Source: Escherichia coli (lineage in GTDB: Bacteria; Pseudomonadota; Gammaproteobacteria; Enterobacterales; Enterobacteriaceae). From it: a DNA stretch of 64,000 nt. Under the pieces are notes generated by a model, which made no database searches, had not been told where the DNA came from, and saw nothing but the letters and a program-made list of their open reading frames with translations. Positions 13,723 through 23,555 of this stretch are shown one piece after another (the first letter of the stretch is position 1; every line of letters starts with the position of its first letter). The DNA lies in the NCBI RefSeq assembly GCF_016903815.1, contig NZ_CP069973.1; one strand, written 5' to 3'. The translations under genes and the position numbers were made by a program.

Positions 13723-14450
13723 GGTTCCTCCTTGCTGAGCCACGGCCCCTGATTGATGGTGCGTTCCCCAAACAGCCACTGCTGACGATTTAAAGGAACA
13801 TCCCGGCGACGTAATATTTTGCTCGCGACCAGGCCGTCGTGTTCCCCTTCCCACCAGCATTCATCCTGAAGTTTCGGGAGTGAGACTTTCAGTTCGCGGA
13901 AACTATCCTGATACTGTTGGTATGCGTTACGTAAGACATCAGACGCGTTGCCTTCGAGCAGTAACGGCGCAAGTGGTAACGCCAGCGGATGACTTTTTCG
14001 CCCCAGATAAAGCGGAAAAACCGGATGACGTAAACCGTCCTGCAACTGTTCAAGCCTGTAAGACGCATCGGGGGTTGTTGCCACCGCCACCATCCACCAG
14101 GCATCGGTGTAGTAGTCGCGCCGGGAGATAATCGCGCTCAGAAGATCAGGGGCGCTCAACTCTTCGCGACGGCTGAAATAACGCGCTTTACGCACCTCTT
14201 TTGGCATCTGGACCGTGTGATAATCCCGTGCCCAGCGCGGGTTACGGCTGGCGCAAACCACCAGTGAATAGTGGCGGTTAAACGCGTTTAATCGTTCGGT
14301 ATCATCACGCCGAATCCCTACCCCGGCAGCCAGCAGCCCCAGCAATGCTGAGCGCGAAGGCAGTTCATGGGTATGACGCACTTCGCCGGGGGCATCGACG
14401 CCCCAGGATGCCATTGGCCCATGAAGCTGAAAAATCAAATATTGGCTCAT
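13704..14450 (-). CDS. casD: Cascade subunit Cas5e (CasD)
   Basis: 248-aa ORF at the Cas5 position between cas7 and cas6e; N-terminus (LIFQLHGPMASWG) is Cas5-like. Assigned by family resemblance and position. Confidence 0.85.
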   Translation of the reverse strand: MSQYLIFQLHGPMASWGVDAPGEVRHTHELPSRSALLGLLAAGVGIRRDDTERLNAFNRHYSLVVCASRNPRWARDYHTVQMPKEVRKARYFSRREELSAPDLLSAIISRRDYYTDAWWMVAVATTPDASYRLEQLQDGLRHPVFPLYLGRKSHPLALPLAPLLLEGNASDVLRNAYQQYQDSFRELKVSLPKLQDECWWEGEHDGLVASKILRRRDVPLNRQQWLFGERTINQGPWLSKEEPCTSQE

Positions 14451-14460
14451 TAGCCGCCCC

Positions 14461-15516
14461 TTACGCGCAGATAAAGTCCAGCACGTCCTTCATGCTTCCC
14501 TGTTTGTTCATCACGTCAAAGCTTACGCATTCGGTCTTCTGTTCATAGACCGTATTCATATTTTCGCGAAGCGTTGTAATACGCTGCACCGCCACATCTA
14601 ACTGCCGGGTGCCATTAATGGGTTCATAGAAAGCCGCCGCCAGAGAGCGTGGTTGTTCAGTGCCTTTTTCTGCCAGCGCCCAGGAGGCGTAGGCACGGCT
14701 GGCAAAGCTGTTCTGTTTGCCGGTTGGGGAGACTTTAAGTGCGGCTTCCGTAAAGGCGCGCAAGGTCTGATTAGCTAACGCTTCGTCACCGCCGAGGTTT
14801 TCGACCAGCAGATCTTTATCGATGCAGATATAGGTGTAGAACAGCGCAGAACCGAATCCGGTTTCACCAAGATGCCCGGCACCGGCATCTTCAGAAGCCT
14901 GGCGCAAATCATCAACGGCGGTGAAAAAATCATCTTCGACAATCGTTTCACTGACACCAAATGCATGCGCGACCTGGCAGGCGGCTTCAACATTAAATTC
15001 GGGTTTATTCGCCAGCATACGACCAAACATAGCGATATCTACCGCCATGCGATCTTTACGTAACAAAGCGAGATCTTCCTCTTTTGGCGCGCGCTTTTCT
15101 TCGGCCAGTTGATGGGCCAGCGCTTTTACGGCGTCAAATTCTGCCGGGCTGATATGGACTAGCTGTTCAGTTTCGGCGTTAGTGAGCGGATCTTTTGGTT
15201 TTTTGTCGTTTTTAGCTTTCCCAAGATAATCCGCAATTTTTGCCGCCCATTCGATGGCTTTTTTCTCTTCGATGCCTTTCTCAATCAGGATAGTTGCCGC
15301 CTCACGCGCAATACGCCCACTGCGAATACCAATATGGCCCGCCAGTGCCTGTTCAAAAAGTGCAGAAGTGCGCCACGCACGTTTCAGACTTTGTGAGGAA
15401 ACGCGCAGACGCGTTGCTCCACCCAGTACCACAGTTTTTGGCGCACCGGTGTCATCACGGTTAAGGTTGGCAGCAGGGTAAGCGGTTAACAAATGAAGCT
15501 GAATAAATGTCGTCAT
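14461..15516 (-). CDS. casC: Cascade backbone subunit Cas7e (CasC/Cse4)
   Basis: 351-aa ORF; N-terminus (LHLLTAYPAANLNRDDTGAPKT) resembles E. coli CasC. Confidence 0.9.
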   Translation of the reverse strand: MTTFIQLHLLTAYPAANLNRDDTGAPKTVVLGGATRLRVSSQSLKRAWRTSALFEQALAGHIGIRSGRIAREAATILIEKGIEEKKAIEWAAKIADYLGKAKNDKKPKDPLTNAETEQLVHISPAEFDAVKALAHQLAEEKRAPKEEDLALLRKDRMAVDIAMFGRMLANKPEFNVEAACQVAHAFGVSETIVEDDFFTAVDDLRQASEDAGAGHLGETGFGSALFYTYICIDKDLLVENLGGDEALANQTLRAFTEAALKVSPTGKQNSFASRAYASWALAEKGTEQPRSLAAAFYEPINGTRQLDVAVQRITTLRENMNTVYEQKTECVSFDVMNKQGSMKDVLDFICA

Positions 15517-15530
15517 GAGATAGTCCTTTA

Positions 15531-16067
15531 TTAATTTTGTTCGTTATCGGCGTCGCCAGCCTGGTAATATTCCAGCGCCCAGCGGATACGGATAAATTCT
15601 GTTGGCCGCTGCTGGCGGCGGTGATGATTGAGCAGGTCGTCGCTCTCCTGGCACCAGCGGAAAATATCTTCTGCCAAAGAGATAAGATTGACGGAACCAT
15701 TTAATAATTTGACCGCGCGACGTAACTGACGCAGTAAATCATCAGGCGTTTTTACTGCCGACAGGCGAGTAAAACGCCCCTCCGACATTACCGCCGCCAG
15801 CTGCGCGGCAAAAGGCTGCCGTTCATCAATAGCTTTAACATTGGCGCTAACTGCGGCGACCAGCGCCAGTGCGGTAAAACGCCACTCTTGTGCTTCAATT
15901 TTCCACAAAGTGTGGGTCTGCATCAGCAGAGAACGAAACCCTTCTGACAGACAAACATCATTAACCGTTGTGCTACGCCGCAGACTGGCACGATTGCCGC
16001 GTTTTTCCTGCAACTCTTCGTGCCATTTACGCAGCGTGGCTTTGTGCTCCTCTTTTACAATACTCAT
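15531..16067 (-). CDS. casB: Cascade small subunit Cse2 (CasB)
   Basis: 178-aa ORF between cse1 and cas7. Assigned by position and size; I do not recognise the sequence itself. Confidence 0.8.
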   Translation of the reverse strand: MSIVKEEHKATLRKWHEELQEKRGNRASLRRSTTVNDVCLSEGFRSLLMQTHTLWKIEAQEWRFTALALVAAVSANVKAIDERQPFAAQLAAVMSEGRFTRLSAVKTPDDLLRQLRRAVKLLNGSVNLISLAEDIFRWCQESDDLLNHHRRQQRPTEFIRIRWALEYYQAGDADNEQN

Positions 16068-17626
16068 TCAGCAGCCTCCTGCTTTTTCTCCCTGGCGGCT
16101 TTAGCATTTTGCTTCTCCGCCGATGTTGTAAAATATTTCTTGCGCGCGGTCATGACGCGTTTCAAATCAACGGGCTCATATGGATTGGTGAAGACACGCT
16201 CGTCAAAATCCTGACGCGCGAATAACCAAATTTCCTTTTGCCATTTGCTGAGTAATTCATCCGCATCCTGACCTTCTTCAATGTGGCGCACTAACCTCAG
16301 GAAGCGATGCTGAGTTTTGTTCCAGAAGTCGATATCCACAAAACTGAAATCACCCCGTGCACCTTTTGGATCGGAGAACCACGCTTCTTTCAATGCACTC
16401 CGTAACAGACTCAGAATCCGTGAAGCCGTTTGCGCAGCCAGCCGCAGCTTCGGTATCTGGCCTTCTTTTTTATCGAGCAGCAGCGGAAAATGGTGTTCGT
16501 ACCAACAGCGCGCTTTCATGTTGTCAAAATCATAACCAAATCCCCACAGGCCCACTTTTGCCTGCTTGAGACTGCTGGCATTAAAGAGTTTCACCACCAG
16601 CGCGGGAAGTTCCGTATTGTTTTCTGATTTACCCGTTTCGATAAGGCCTAACCAGTCGCGCCAGATTAAACCGCCTGGTTGTGGTTTGACCGAGTAAAAC
16701 TCGCCGCCCTCTTTAAGGGGTACACGGTAAGGCGTTAAGGGATGCTGCCACATGGCATAATTCGCGCCGTAATTTTTGGTCGTCATCAGGCTCAGGAGCG
16801 CGTCGTTCTGCTCGCCGCAAATATCGCAGTTGCCGACTGTCGTGGTATTAAAATCAATACGAATACGCCGCGGCATTCCCCAGTACGCCTGGAGTTTATT
16901 AACCTGATCATCGGTTACCACCGCACCGGCCAGTTCGCTGGTACGCGTCGGGCCAAGCCAGGGGAAAACCAGATCGTCAAATTTTTTGGGTAGCGGTAAG
17001 TCGGCTTCGTCCTGCGGCATCACATTGAGCCACAGTTTGCGCCACAAGGGCGTTTGTTGATTGCCCTGATATTCCTGTAATTCAATCAGAGTGGTCATCG
17101 GCCCACCGCCGCGTAAACCGGTGCGGTAGCCTTTACCACCTGACGGCGCATTTAACTGTAGGGAGAACAGAGCTAACGCAGAACAATGTGGGCACAGGTA
17201 TTCCGTTACACCACGCTTGATAAAGTGGTCTTTATTAAACTTCGTTGTTTGAGCGCCGGGAATCTCAGGCAGTAGCGAAGCGACCTGAACTTTATCTCCT
17301 GTGAGCGCCTCGAAATCCTGCATAAATGAAGGGGAATCTGGCCCAAACTGGAAAGCGTGTTCTAAGGACAGCAATGCTTCCCGTAGCTTTTCAGATTCCA
17401 GTCCGTCTTCCCAGATATCATCCCAACGACGATGATCTTTTGGCGCAAAGCTGGTTTGTAGTAGCCCCAGCAAAAACTGCCATGCCGCTCCCTGGAGATC
17501 TGCCCGTGGCGCAGCAATATCGACAACATTTTCATCCGCCAGATCGACAGGCGCCAGTTTGCCTGTCGTTCCGTCTTTATAACGAACGGGCAACCACGGG
17601 GTTGTCAGAAGTGAAAACGAGTTCAT
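16064..17626 (-). CDS. casA: Cascade large subunit Cse1 (CasA)
   Basis: Track ORF 16064..17695 trimmed to internal ATG (MNSFSLLTTPWLPVRY...) with GAGAGGA upstream, about 520 aa. Assigned by position and N-terminal resemblance; start uncertain (alternative ATG 6 bp upstream). Confidence 0.82.
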   Translation of the reverse strand: MNSFSLLTTPWLPVRYKDGTTGKLAPVDLADENVVDIAAPRADLQGAAWQFLLGLLQTSFAPKDHRRWDDIWEDGLESEKLREALLSLEHAFQFGPDSPSFMQDFEALTGDKVQVASLLPEIPGAQTTKFNKDHFIKRGVTEYLCPHCSALALFSLQLNAPSGGKGYRTGLRGGGPMTTLIELQEYQGNQQTPLWRKLWLNVMPQDEADLPLPKKFDDLVFPWLGPTRTSELAGAVVTDDQVNKLQAYWGMPRRIRIDFNTTTVGNCDICGEQNDALLSLMTTKNYGANYAMWQHPLTPYRVPLKEGGEFYSVKPQPGGLIWRDWLGLIETGKSENNTELPALVVKLFNASSLKQAKVGLWGFGYDFDNMKARCWYEHHFPLLLDKKEGQIPKLRLAAQTASRILSLLRSALKEAWFSDPKGARGDFSFVDIDFWNKTQHRFLRLVRHIEEGQDADELLSKWQKEIWLFARQDFDERVFTNPYEPVDLKRVMTARKKYFTTSAEKQNAKAAREKKQEAAE

Positions 17627-17723
17627 ACGCATCCTCTCGTAAAAAAGACCATCCCAGGTCGGTTGTCCATCATTCCATCCTTTTCGGTGTATCAACTATT
17701 CAGAGAGCCCTGTCGCAGGCATC

Positions 17724-20423
17724 TCAACCAACCTTGCCAGTCAATCCTTCCATAGCCGAATACCCGCAACTTTCGTCATCGGTAACTAAAATCACGTTTG
17801 CCATCTCCGGATCTTTCCGCTGTTCAATGCACCACTGCCTGAACGCTTCCCCTTCCAGTAAAGAAAACTCATCCCGATGTTTTTTCCACCAGCTTCGACG
17901 CACTCTGACAACGCTCATTTCCCATGCGTGAGCACCGTTGGCATAAGGCTTCACCACACTGGCAATACAGGTAGCCAGCCACAGGGAAACAGACTCCTCC
18001 GCCAGACGTGTCGACAGCTTTTCCGGAAGGTAATCGTTGATATTGGCGGCATAGCCAGGCCTGAAGTTCAGCACAAACTTTTTAGCCATTGCGCGATCGC
18101 AGTAATATTTGCCCACTTGCTCCTGCTCGCTGCGGGCAAATCCTTCCGGCATTACCACGTCCTCACCGTAGACTGATTCAATAAGAAGGCGGGCTGCGTG
18201 TGGCATTTGAATAGCGCCTTGCTCACGCAGTACACGCTGCGTCAGCCAGATTCGTCCATGATCGGGATAGACATATGCACTGTTACGCATGGCACTGCCG
18301 AACCATTCGTCACCTGGAGCGTCGTCCCAGACGGGGGCCAGAATCAGCAATTCAGGAGGGGAACGCTCGTCTTTTCCGTCACGCTTTAACTGACCATTAA
18401 TATCGCGGATATGCCGCTGTAATCGCCCCGCTCGCTGGATCAGCAAATCAACAGGGGCCAGGTCGGAAATCATTTCGTCCATATCGCAATCAACGCTCGA
18501 CTCTAAGACCTGAGTACAAATGAGGACTTTTCCGGCACGCTGTGAGCTATCTTCTTTACCGAAGCGTGCCAGCGTTTCCGTTTCAATTCGCTGGCGATCG
18601 CTAAAAGCAAAGCGGCTATGAAACAGAGAAAGGCTGGAAGCAGGAATGACGCCGCGGGCAAGCAACTGACGATAAACCTTAATAGCGTCATCGACAGAAT
18701 TCCGGATCCAGGCGATGCATTTCCCCTGACTTACTGCCGATTCGATACGCGCAATACATTCTTGTTCGCTATGAAGCCAACCCACGCTCACGCTACGCTC
18801 AACGTCTTTGCGCGTCGCTACCCGGTGTGAATGCACATCGGATTTCGTAACGTGCGTCAGCCAGGGGTAATCATCCTTTTCCAGGAACGGAGCTTCTTGC
18901 TGGCCCTCTGTACCACGCGCAAAGGCAGCAACGAGTTTGTCGCACTGCTGTTGAGATAACGTGGCAGAAAGCAAAATGACGCTGTTTCCGCCACGCGCCT
19001 GCCGCTCGATCAGCCCTTCAAGAATGCATGACATGTAAGCGTCACAGGCATGGATCTCATCAGCCAGCAGGATTTTGTTACTCAGTCCCAGAAGCCGCAG
19101 ATTATTATGTTTGAACGGCATCACAGCCATCATCGCCTGATCCAGCGTGCCGACGCCAATTTCAGCCAGTAGCGCCTTCTTGTTACTGTCGGCAAACCAG
19201 GCCGCACATCCCTGACTGAACGTTTGTTCATCCGGTTCTTCTGACCCGACTAAATCACCGGACCAGAGTGATTCATTAAAGCGGTCCATTAATGTTCGGG
19301 CACTGTGTGCCAGCACCAGGCTGGGGCGGGACTCTGGCGAATAGAAAGCAAGCCAGGTTTTGACCAGTCGATCGTACATGGCATTGGCCGTTGCCATTGT
19401 TGGCAGGCCAAAAAACAAACCCTGCGCTTTACCCGCAGCCATCAACCTGTGCGCCAGGATAAGCGCCGCTTCCGTTTTACCTGCGCCAGTCACATCTTCC
19501 AGAATAAATAACTGTGGCCCTGGCTGGCTGATATCCAGATCCAGCACCTTTTGCTGTAACGGTGTCGGATTCTCAATAAAAGGAAACAGCGTATTAATTC
19601 CGGTGAAAGGCGCGACTTTTGCTTTTAGAGGAAAGACGGTTAAGGCGTTTTGAGCCTGAACTAAAGTTTTCTGCCAGTAACCTTTAATATCCATTGGGTG
19701 TGCGACGCGTGGAAAAAATCGCGTTGACGAACCCGTCCAGTCTGCGAGCACGACGGTTGCAGAGATATACCAGGAAAGGTGTTTTATAAGTTCAATGCCC
19801 TCATCATCATCCCAGAATGCGGGGATCTCTATGAGCGGAAACAGTGGTTTGATTTCAAGAAGAAAATCTCGCGCGGCAGCTTTGTCTTCAGGCAGAAAAT
19901 TATCCAGTTCATCAATACGGTCAGGCGGGCGACCATGATGCCCGGTAGTTATGGGCATCCACATCTCCATCACCCGTTTAAGTTTGCGCGGAGAGAGTGA
20001 AGATGAAGGAAGCAATTCTTCGTATTCACTTAAATAATGATGCCACAGCCAGTAGCCCAGCGTTGAATGAGAGATCTTTTCGTAATTCTTTCTTGCGCCT
20101 TCCGGAACCTTGAGTTGTGGGTGCAGGTAAAGTTGCTGAAAAGAGCGGGCAAATTTTCCAGTATCGTGCCAGCACAATAGCCAGGCGAAAAATTGTGCTG
20201 CCTGCTCCGTATCAGCGAAACCTAGTTGACGAAAATAGTCAGTCAGCCCGAAGCAATTGCTTTTAACCATTAAATAGCCCATCGCGGCTACATCCAGCGA
20301 ATGCCAGCAAAGAAGGTGATAGTCGTCGCCCCCGTCTTTCTCGCCGCGTCGGGTTTTTCCCCAGAAATCAAAAAAAGTCACAATATTTTTATCCTTCAGT
20401 AAACTTAAAGGATATTTACGCAT
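17724..20423 (-). CDS. cas3: CRISPR-associated nuclease/helicase Cas3 (HD nuclease + DExH helicase)
   Basis: 899-aa ORF with N-terminal HD-like region (HSLDVAAMGY), Walker A (GAGKT) and DEIH box; ATG start. Confidence 0.95.
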   Translation of the reverse strand: MRKYPLSLLKDKNIVTFFDFWGKTRRGEKDGGDDYHLLCWHSLDVAAMGYLMVKSNCFGLTDYFRQLGFADTEQAAQFFAWLLCWHDTGKFARSFQQLYLHPQLKVPEGARKNYEKISHSTLGYWLWHHYLSEYEELLPSSSLSPRKLKRVMEMWMPITTGHHGRPPDRIDELDNFLPEDKAAARDFLLEIKPLFPLIEIPAFWDDDEGIELIKHLSWYISATVVLADWTGSSTRFFPRVAHPMDIKGYWQKTLVQAQNALTVFPLKAKVAPFTGINTLFPFIENPTPLQQKVLDLDISQPGPQLFILEDVTGAGKTEAALILAHRLMAAGKAQGLFFGLPTMATANAMYDRLVKTWLAFYSPESRPSLVLAHSARTLMDRFNESLWSGDLVGSEEPDEQTFSQGCAAWFADSNKKALLAEIGVGTLDQAMMAVMPFKHNNLRLLGLSNKILLADEIHACDAYMSCILEGLIERQARGGNSVILLSATLSQQQCDKLVAAFARGTEGQQEAPFLEKDDYPWLTHVTKSDVHSHRVATRKDVERSVSVGWLHSEQECIARIESAVSQGKCIAWIRNSVDDAIKVYRQLLARGVIPASSLSLFHSRFAFSDRQRIETETLARFGKEDSSQRAGKVLICTQVLESSVDCDMDEMISDLAPVDLLIQRAGRLQRHIRDINGQLKRDGKDERSPPELLILAPVWDDAPGDEWFGSAMRNSAYVYPDHGRIWLTQRVLREQGAIQMPHAARLLIESVYGEDVVMPEGFARSEQEQVGKYYCDRAMAKKFVLNFRPGYAANINDYLPEKLSTRLAEESVSLWLATCIASVVKPYANGAHAWEMSVVRVRRSWWKKHRDEFSLLEGEAFRQWCIEQRKDPEMANVILVTDDESCGYSAMEGLTGKVG

Positions 20424-20560
20424 ATATTAAAAATTATCTGTGATATATATCGTTCAATAAAATATTTACATTATGAATAATCAAATAATTTTCATCCGTA
20501 ATATATATGAATAATAAACATAGGCATAATATTCACATAAACAATATAAATTAAAAAAGG
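20424..20560 (-). promoter_or_regulatory. AT-rich cas3 upstream/promoter region
   Basis: About 140 bp of very AT-rich sequence directly upstream of the cas3 ATG. Role inferred from composition and position only. Confidence 0.5.
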
Positions 20561-20617
20561 GTGCAGGAGACCAAACCATCACAATTCAATACGCGGGGTT
20601 TTACCCCCGCGTGGTGG

Positions 20618-20770
20618 CTACTTCTTCGATTCGTAAGCGAGAACTGCCTTAAACTCCATACCACGTTCTCTGATACTCAACTCACACAACGAGTCGCCTA
20701 CCATCAGCGTGAATCCCAGTACTGTACAACACAGTACGATGATTGCCACAAGGGCATATTTTGTCAGCAT
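20618..20770 (-). CDS. Hok/Gef-family type I toxin (HokE-like small membrane peptide)
   Basis: 50-codon ORF not in the track (too short): [53 protein letters not shown] with GGAGG 6 nt upstream; single N-terminal TM helix; conserved Hok C-terminus (LCE...AVLAYE). Translated by hand. Confidence 0.8.
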   Translation of the reverse strand: MLTKYALVAIIVLCCTVLGFTLMVGDSLCELSIRERGMEFKAVLAYESKK

Positions 20771-21034
20771 GTCTTGCCTCCCTGCAAAGAAGAGACTAAC
20801 ATTCGAATTGCTTAGGTTCGAACGCTGGCCTCAGGTTGATAGAAATATCGCCTGGGGCTTTTGTCCATCTGGAACCTCGCGAATGCTTAACGCCAGACAG
20901 CCTCAAGCACCCAACGCCATTCTATACCTGATAATTCTTCCAGCGGCGTTCACGTTTAAAATCAGGAATGCTGCTCGCAAAATAAAAACGCCCCCATCAT
21001 TTCTGACAGAGGCGTTTAATTTATCCGGCAATAT

Positions 21035-21769
21035 TTACCCTTCGTGTAACCCACATTCTCTTTTTAAGCCAAAGAAACGCGTTTCTTCTTCCGCCATGCC
21101 GGGTTCCCATTTACGGGTTGTATGGGTATCACCGACCGATAAATATCCTTCATCCCATAATGGGTGATATTTCAGGCCATGTTTTTGCAGGTACTGATAA
21201 ATAGTTCGGTTATCCCAGTCGATAATCGGCAGCACTTTAAATACGCCACGCTGAATTGCCAGCACCGGTAAATTGGTGCGGCTGCCGGATTGTTCACGGC
21301 GCAGGCCAGCAAACCAGGTTTGCGCATTCAGTTCTTTCAGCGCCCGGTTCATCGGTTCGACTTTGTTGATGTCATTGTACTTTTCAATGCCTTCAACACC
21401 CTGCTCCCACAGTTTTCCGTAACGTGCTTCCTGCCAGGCGGCGCTTTCGGTAGCGCGGTACACTTTCAGGTTGAGCTTGAGTTTGTCCGTTAACTCGTCA
21501 ATAAAGCGGTAGGTTTCCGGGAACAAGTAACCCGTATCGGTGAGGATCACTGGAATATCCGGGCGAATCTGATTCACCAGATGCAGGCTCACCGCCGCCT
21601 GAATGCCGAAACTGGAAGAAAGTACATATTCACCGGGCAGATTATCCAGCGCCCAGGCAACGCGGCCTTCAGCGTCCAGTTTTTCCAGTTCGGCGTTAGT
21701 TTCTGCCAGCGCCAGAATGCGATCTACCTTCGGCAGTTCGTTCAGGGCGTTTAGATCGAGTTTGGACAT
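21035..21769 (-). CDS. cysH: Phosphoadenosine phosphosulfate (PAPS) reductase
   Basis: Track ORF 21035..21922 trimmed to internal ATG ([15 protein letters not shown]...), 244 aa; recognised as CysH. Confidence 0.96.
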   Translation of the reverse strand: MSKLDLNALNELPKVDRILALAETNAELEKLDAEGRVAWALDNLPGEYVLSSSFGIQAAVSLHLVNQIRPDIPVILTDTGYLFPETYRFIDELTDKLKLNLKVYRATESAAWQEARYGKLWEQGVEGIEKYNDINKVEPMNRALKELNAQTWFAGLRREQSGSRTNLPVLAIQRGVFKVLPIIDWDNRTIYQYLQKHGLKYHPLWDEGYLSVGDTHTTRKWEPGMAEEETRFFGLKRECGLHEG

Positions 21770-21790
21770 AGATTCCTCACTGTTTGCCTT

Positions 21791-21827
21791 GCCTGATGCG
21801 ACGCTCACGCGTCTTATCAGGCCTACA
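21791..21827. repeat. REP (repetitive extragenic palindromic) element
   Basis: gcctgatgcgacgctcacgcgtcttatcaggcctaca between cysI stop and cysH start; matches the E. coli REP consensus I recognise. Confidence 0.8.
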
Positions 21828-21842
21828 AGACCGGGCTGATGG

Positions 21843-23555
21843 TTAATCCCACAAATCGCGCGCCGGATCGAGCACCGGGCGAATGATGCCCGCACGCACC
21901 GTAAAGTCGCCGAAGCCTTCACCCGCTTCGCGCTCTTTCGCCCAGCGCCCTATCAGTTCATCAAGCGACGCCAGGATTTCCGGTTCGGTGATGTTTTCTT
22001 TATACATCCGTGGGATACGTGTCCCAATGCGGTTGCCGCCAAGATGCAGGTTGTAGCGACCCGGCGCTTTACCCACCAGGCCCACTTCCGCCAGCATCGC
22101 GCGACCACAACCGTTCGGGCAGCCTGTTACACGCATCACGATATGCTCATCGCTGACACCATGTTTCGCCATTAAATTATCGATGTTGTCGATAAAAGAC
22201 GGCAGGAAACGCTCGGCTTCGGCCATCGCCAGCGGGCAAGTCGGGAATGACACGCAGGCCATTGAGTTTTCACGCTGCGGCGTGACGGCATTCATTAACC
22301 CGCTCTCTTTGGCAATCTTCTCGATCTTCGCTTTCTCGCTTTCCGGCACACCGGCGATGATCAGATTCTGGTTCGCCGTAATGCGGAAATCGCCTTTGTG
22401 GATCTTCGCGATCTCCAGCAGGCCGGTTTTCAGCGGACGCCCAGGATAATCAAGGATGCGACCATTTTCGATAAACAGCGTCAGGTGCCAGTTATCATCA
22501 ATGCCTTTAACCCAGCCAATACGATCGCCGCGTCCGGTGAACTCATATGGACGGATCGGTTCAAATTTGATCCCCGCGCGACGCTCCACTTCCGCTTTAA
22601 ACGTCTCAACCCCCACGCGCTCCAGCGTGTATTTGGTTTTGGCATTTTTACGATCGGTACGGTTACCCCAGTCGCGCTGAGTCGTCACGACGGCTTCTGC
22701 CACCGCCAGCGTATGCTCCAGCGGCAGATAGCCAAACTCACTCGCCGTGCGGGCGTAGGTTTTCTTGTTGCCGTGTTCGATAGAAAGCCCACCGCCCACC
22801 AACAGGTTAAAGCCCACCAGCTTGCCGTTTTCGGCGATTGCCACGAAGTTCATGTCGTTGGCATGCAGATCGATATCGTTCTGCGGCGGGATCACTACCG
22901 TAGTTTTGAATTTACGCGGCAAATAAGTCTGACCGAGGATCGGTTCTTCATCGGTGGTGGCGACTTTTTCCTGATCGAGCCAGATCTCCGCATACGCGCG
23001 GGTACGCGGCAGCAGATGTTCAGAGATTTTCTTCGCCCATTCATACGCTTCCGCGTGTAGCTGCGACTCGTAAGGGTTCGAGGTGCAGAGTACGTTACGG
23101 TTCATGTCGTTAGCAGTCGCCAGCGCATCAAGACCGACCGAGTGCAGCATCTGGTGCACCGGTTTGACGTTCTTTTTCAGAATGCCGTGGAACTGAAACG
23201 TCTGGCGGTTGGTCAGGCGAATGCTGCCATAGATGGTGTTTTCACCGGCAAATTTATCGATCGCCTGCCACTGTTTGGTGGTAATCACGCCACCCGGCAG
23301 ACGGCAGCGCAACAGCATTGCATGACGTGGCTCCAGCTTCTGTTCAGCACGTTCGGCGCGGATGTCGCGGTCATCCTGCTGATACATGCCGTGGAAGCGG
23401 ATCAGCAGGAAGTTATCGCCCTTAAAGCCGCCGGTCAGACCGTCGTTTAAATCTTCCGCAATGGTGCCGCGCAGGTAGTTGCTTTCAAGCTTCATGCGCT
23501 CGGCGTCTGTCAGTTTTCCTTCGACCACTAAAGGCCCTGGATGTTTTTCGCTCAT
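21843..23555 (-). CDS. cysI: Sulfite reductase [NADPH] hemoprotein beta subunit
   Basis: 570-aa ORF recognised as CysI. Confidence 0.97.
   Translation of the reverse strand: MSEKHPGPLVVEGKLTDAERMKLESNYLRGTIAEDLNDGLTGGFKGDNFLLIRFHGMYQQDDRDIRAERAEQKLEPRHAMLLRCRLPGGVITTKQWQAIDKFAGENTIYGSIRLTNRQTFQFHGILKKNVKPVHQMLHSVGLDALATANDMNRNVLCTSNPYESQLHAEAYEWAKKISEHLLPRTRAYAEIWLDQEKVATTDEEPILGQTYLPRKFKTTVVIPPQNDIDLHANDMNFVAIAENGKLVGFNLLVGGGLSIEHGNKKTYARTASEFGYLPLEHTLAVAEAVVTTQRDWGNRTDRKNAKTKYTLERVGVETFKAEVERRAGIKFEPIRPYEFTGRGDRIGWVKGIDDNWHLTLFIENGRILDYPGRPLKTGLLEIAKIHKGDFRITANQNLIIAGVPESEKAKIEKIAKESGLMNAVTPQRENSMACVSFPTCPLAMAEAERFLPSFIDNIDNLMAKHGVSDEHIVMRVTGCPNGCGRAMLAEVGLVGKAPGRYNLHLGGNRIGTRIPRMYKENITEPEILASLDELIGRWAKEREAGEGFGDFTVRAGIIRPVLDPARDLWD

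Noticed and set aside
20424-20560. Possibility of a hidden gene or array in the AT-rich cas3 upstream region
   Set aside because: No ORF of meaningful length and no repeat periodicity seen; the composition fits a promoter or nucleoid-protein-bound regulatory region.
20709-21167. 152-aa plus-strand ORF spanning the hok region and the 3' end of cysH
   Set aside because: Antisense to the Hok-like ORF and to cysH, with an apparent GTG start; no family resemblance. Treated as a shadow ORF.
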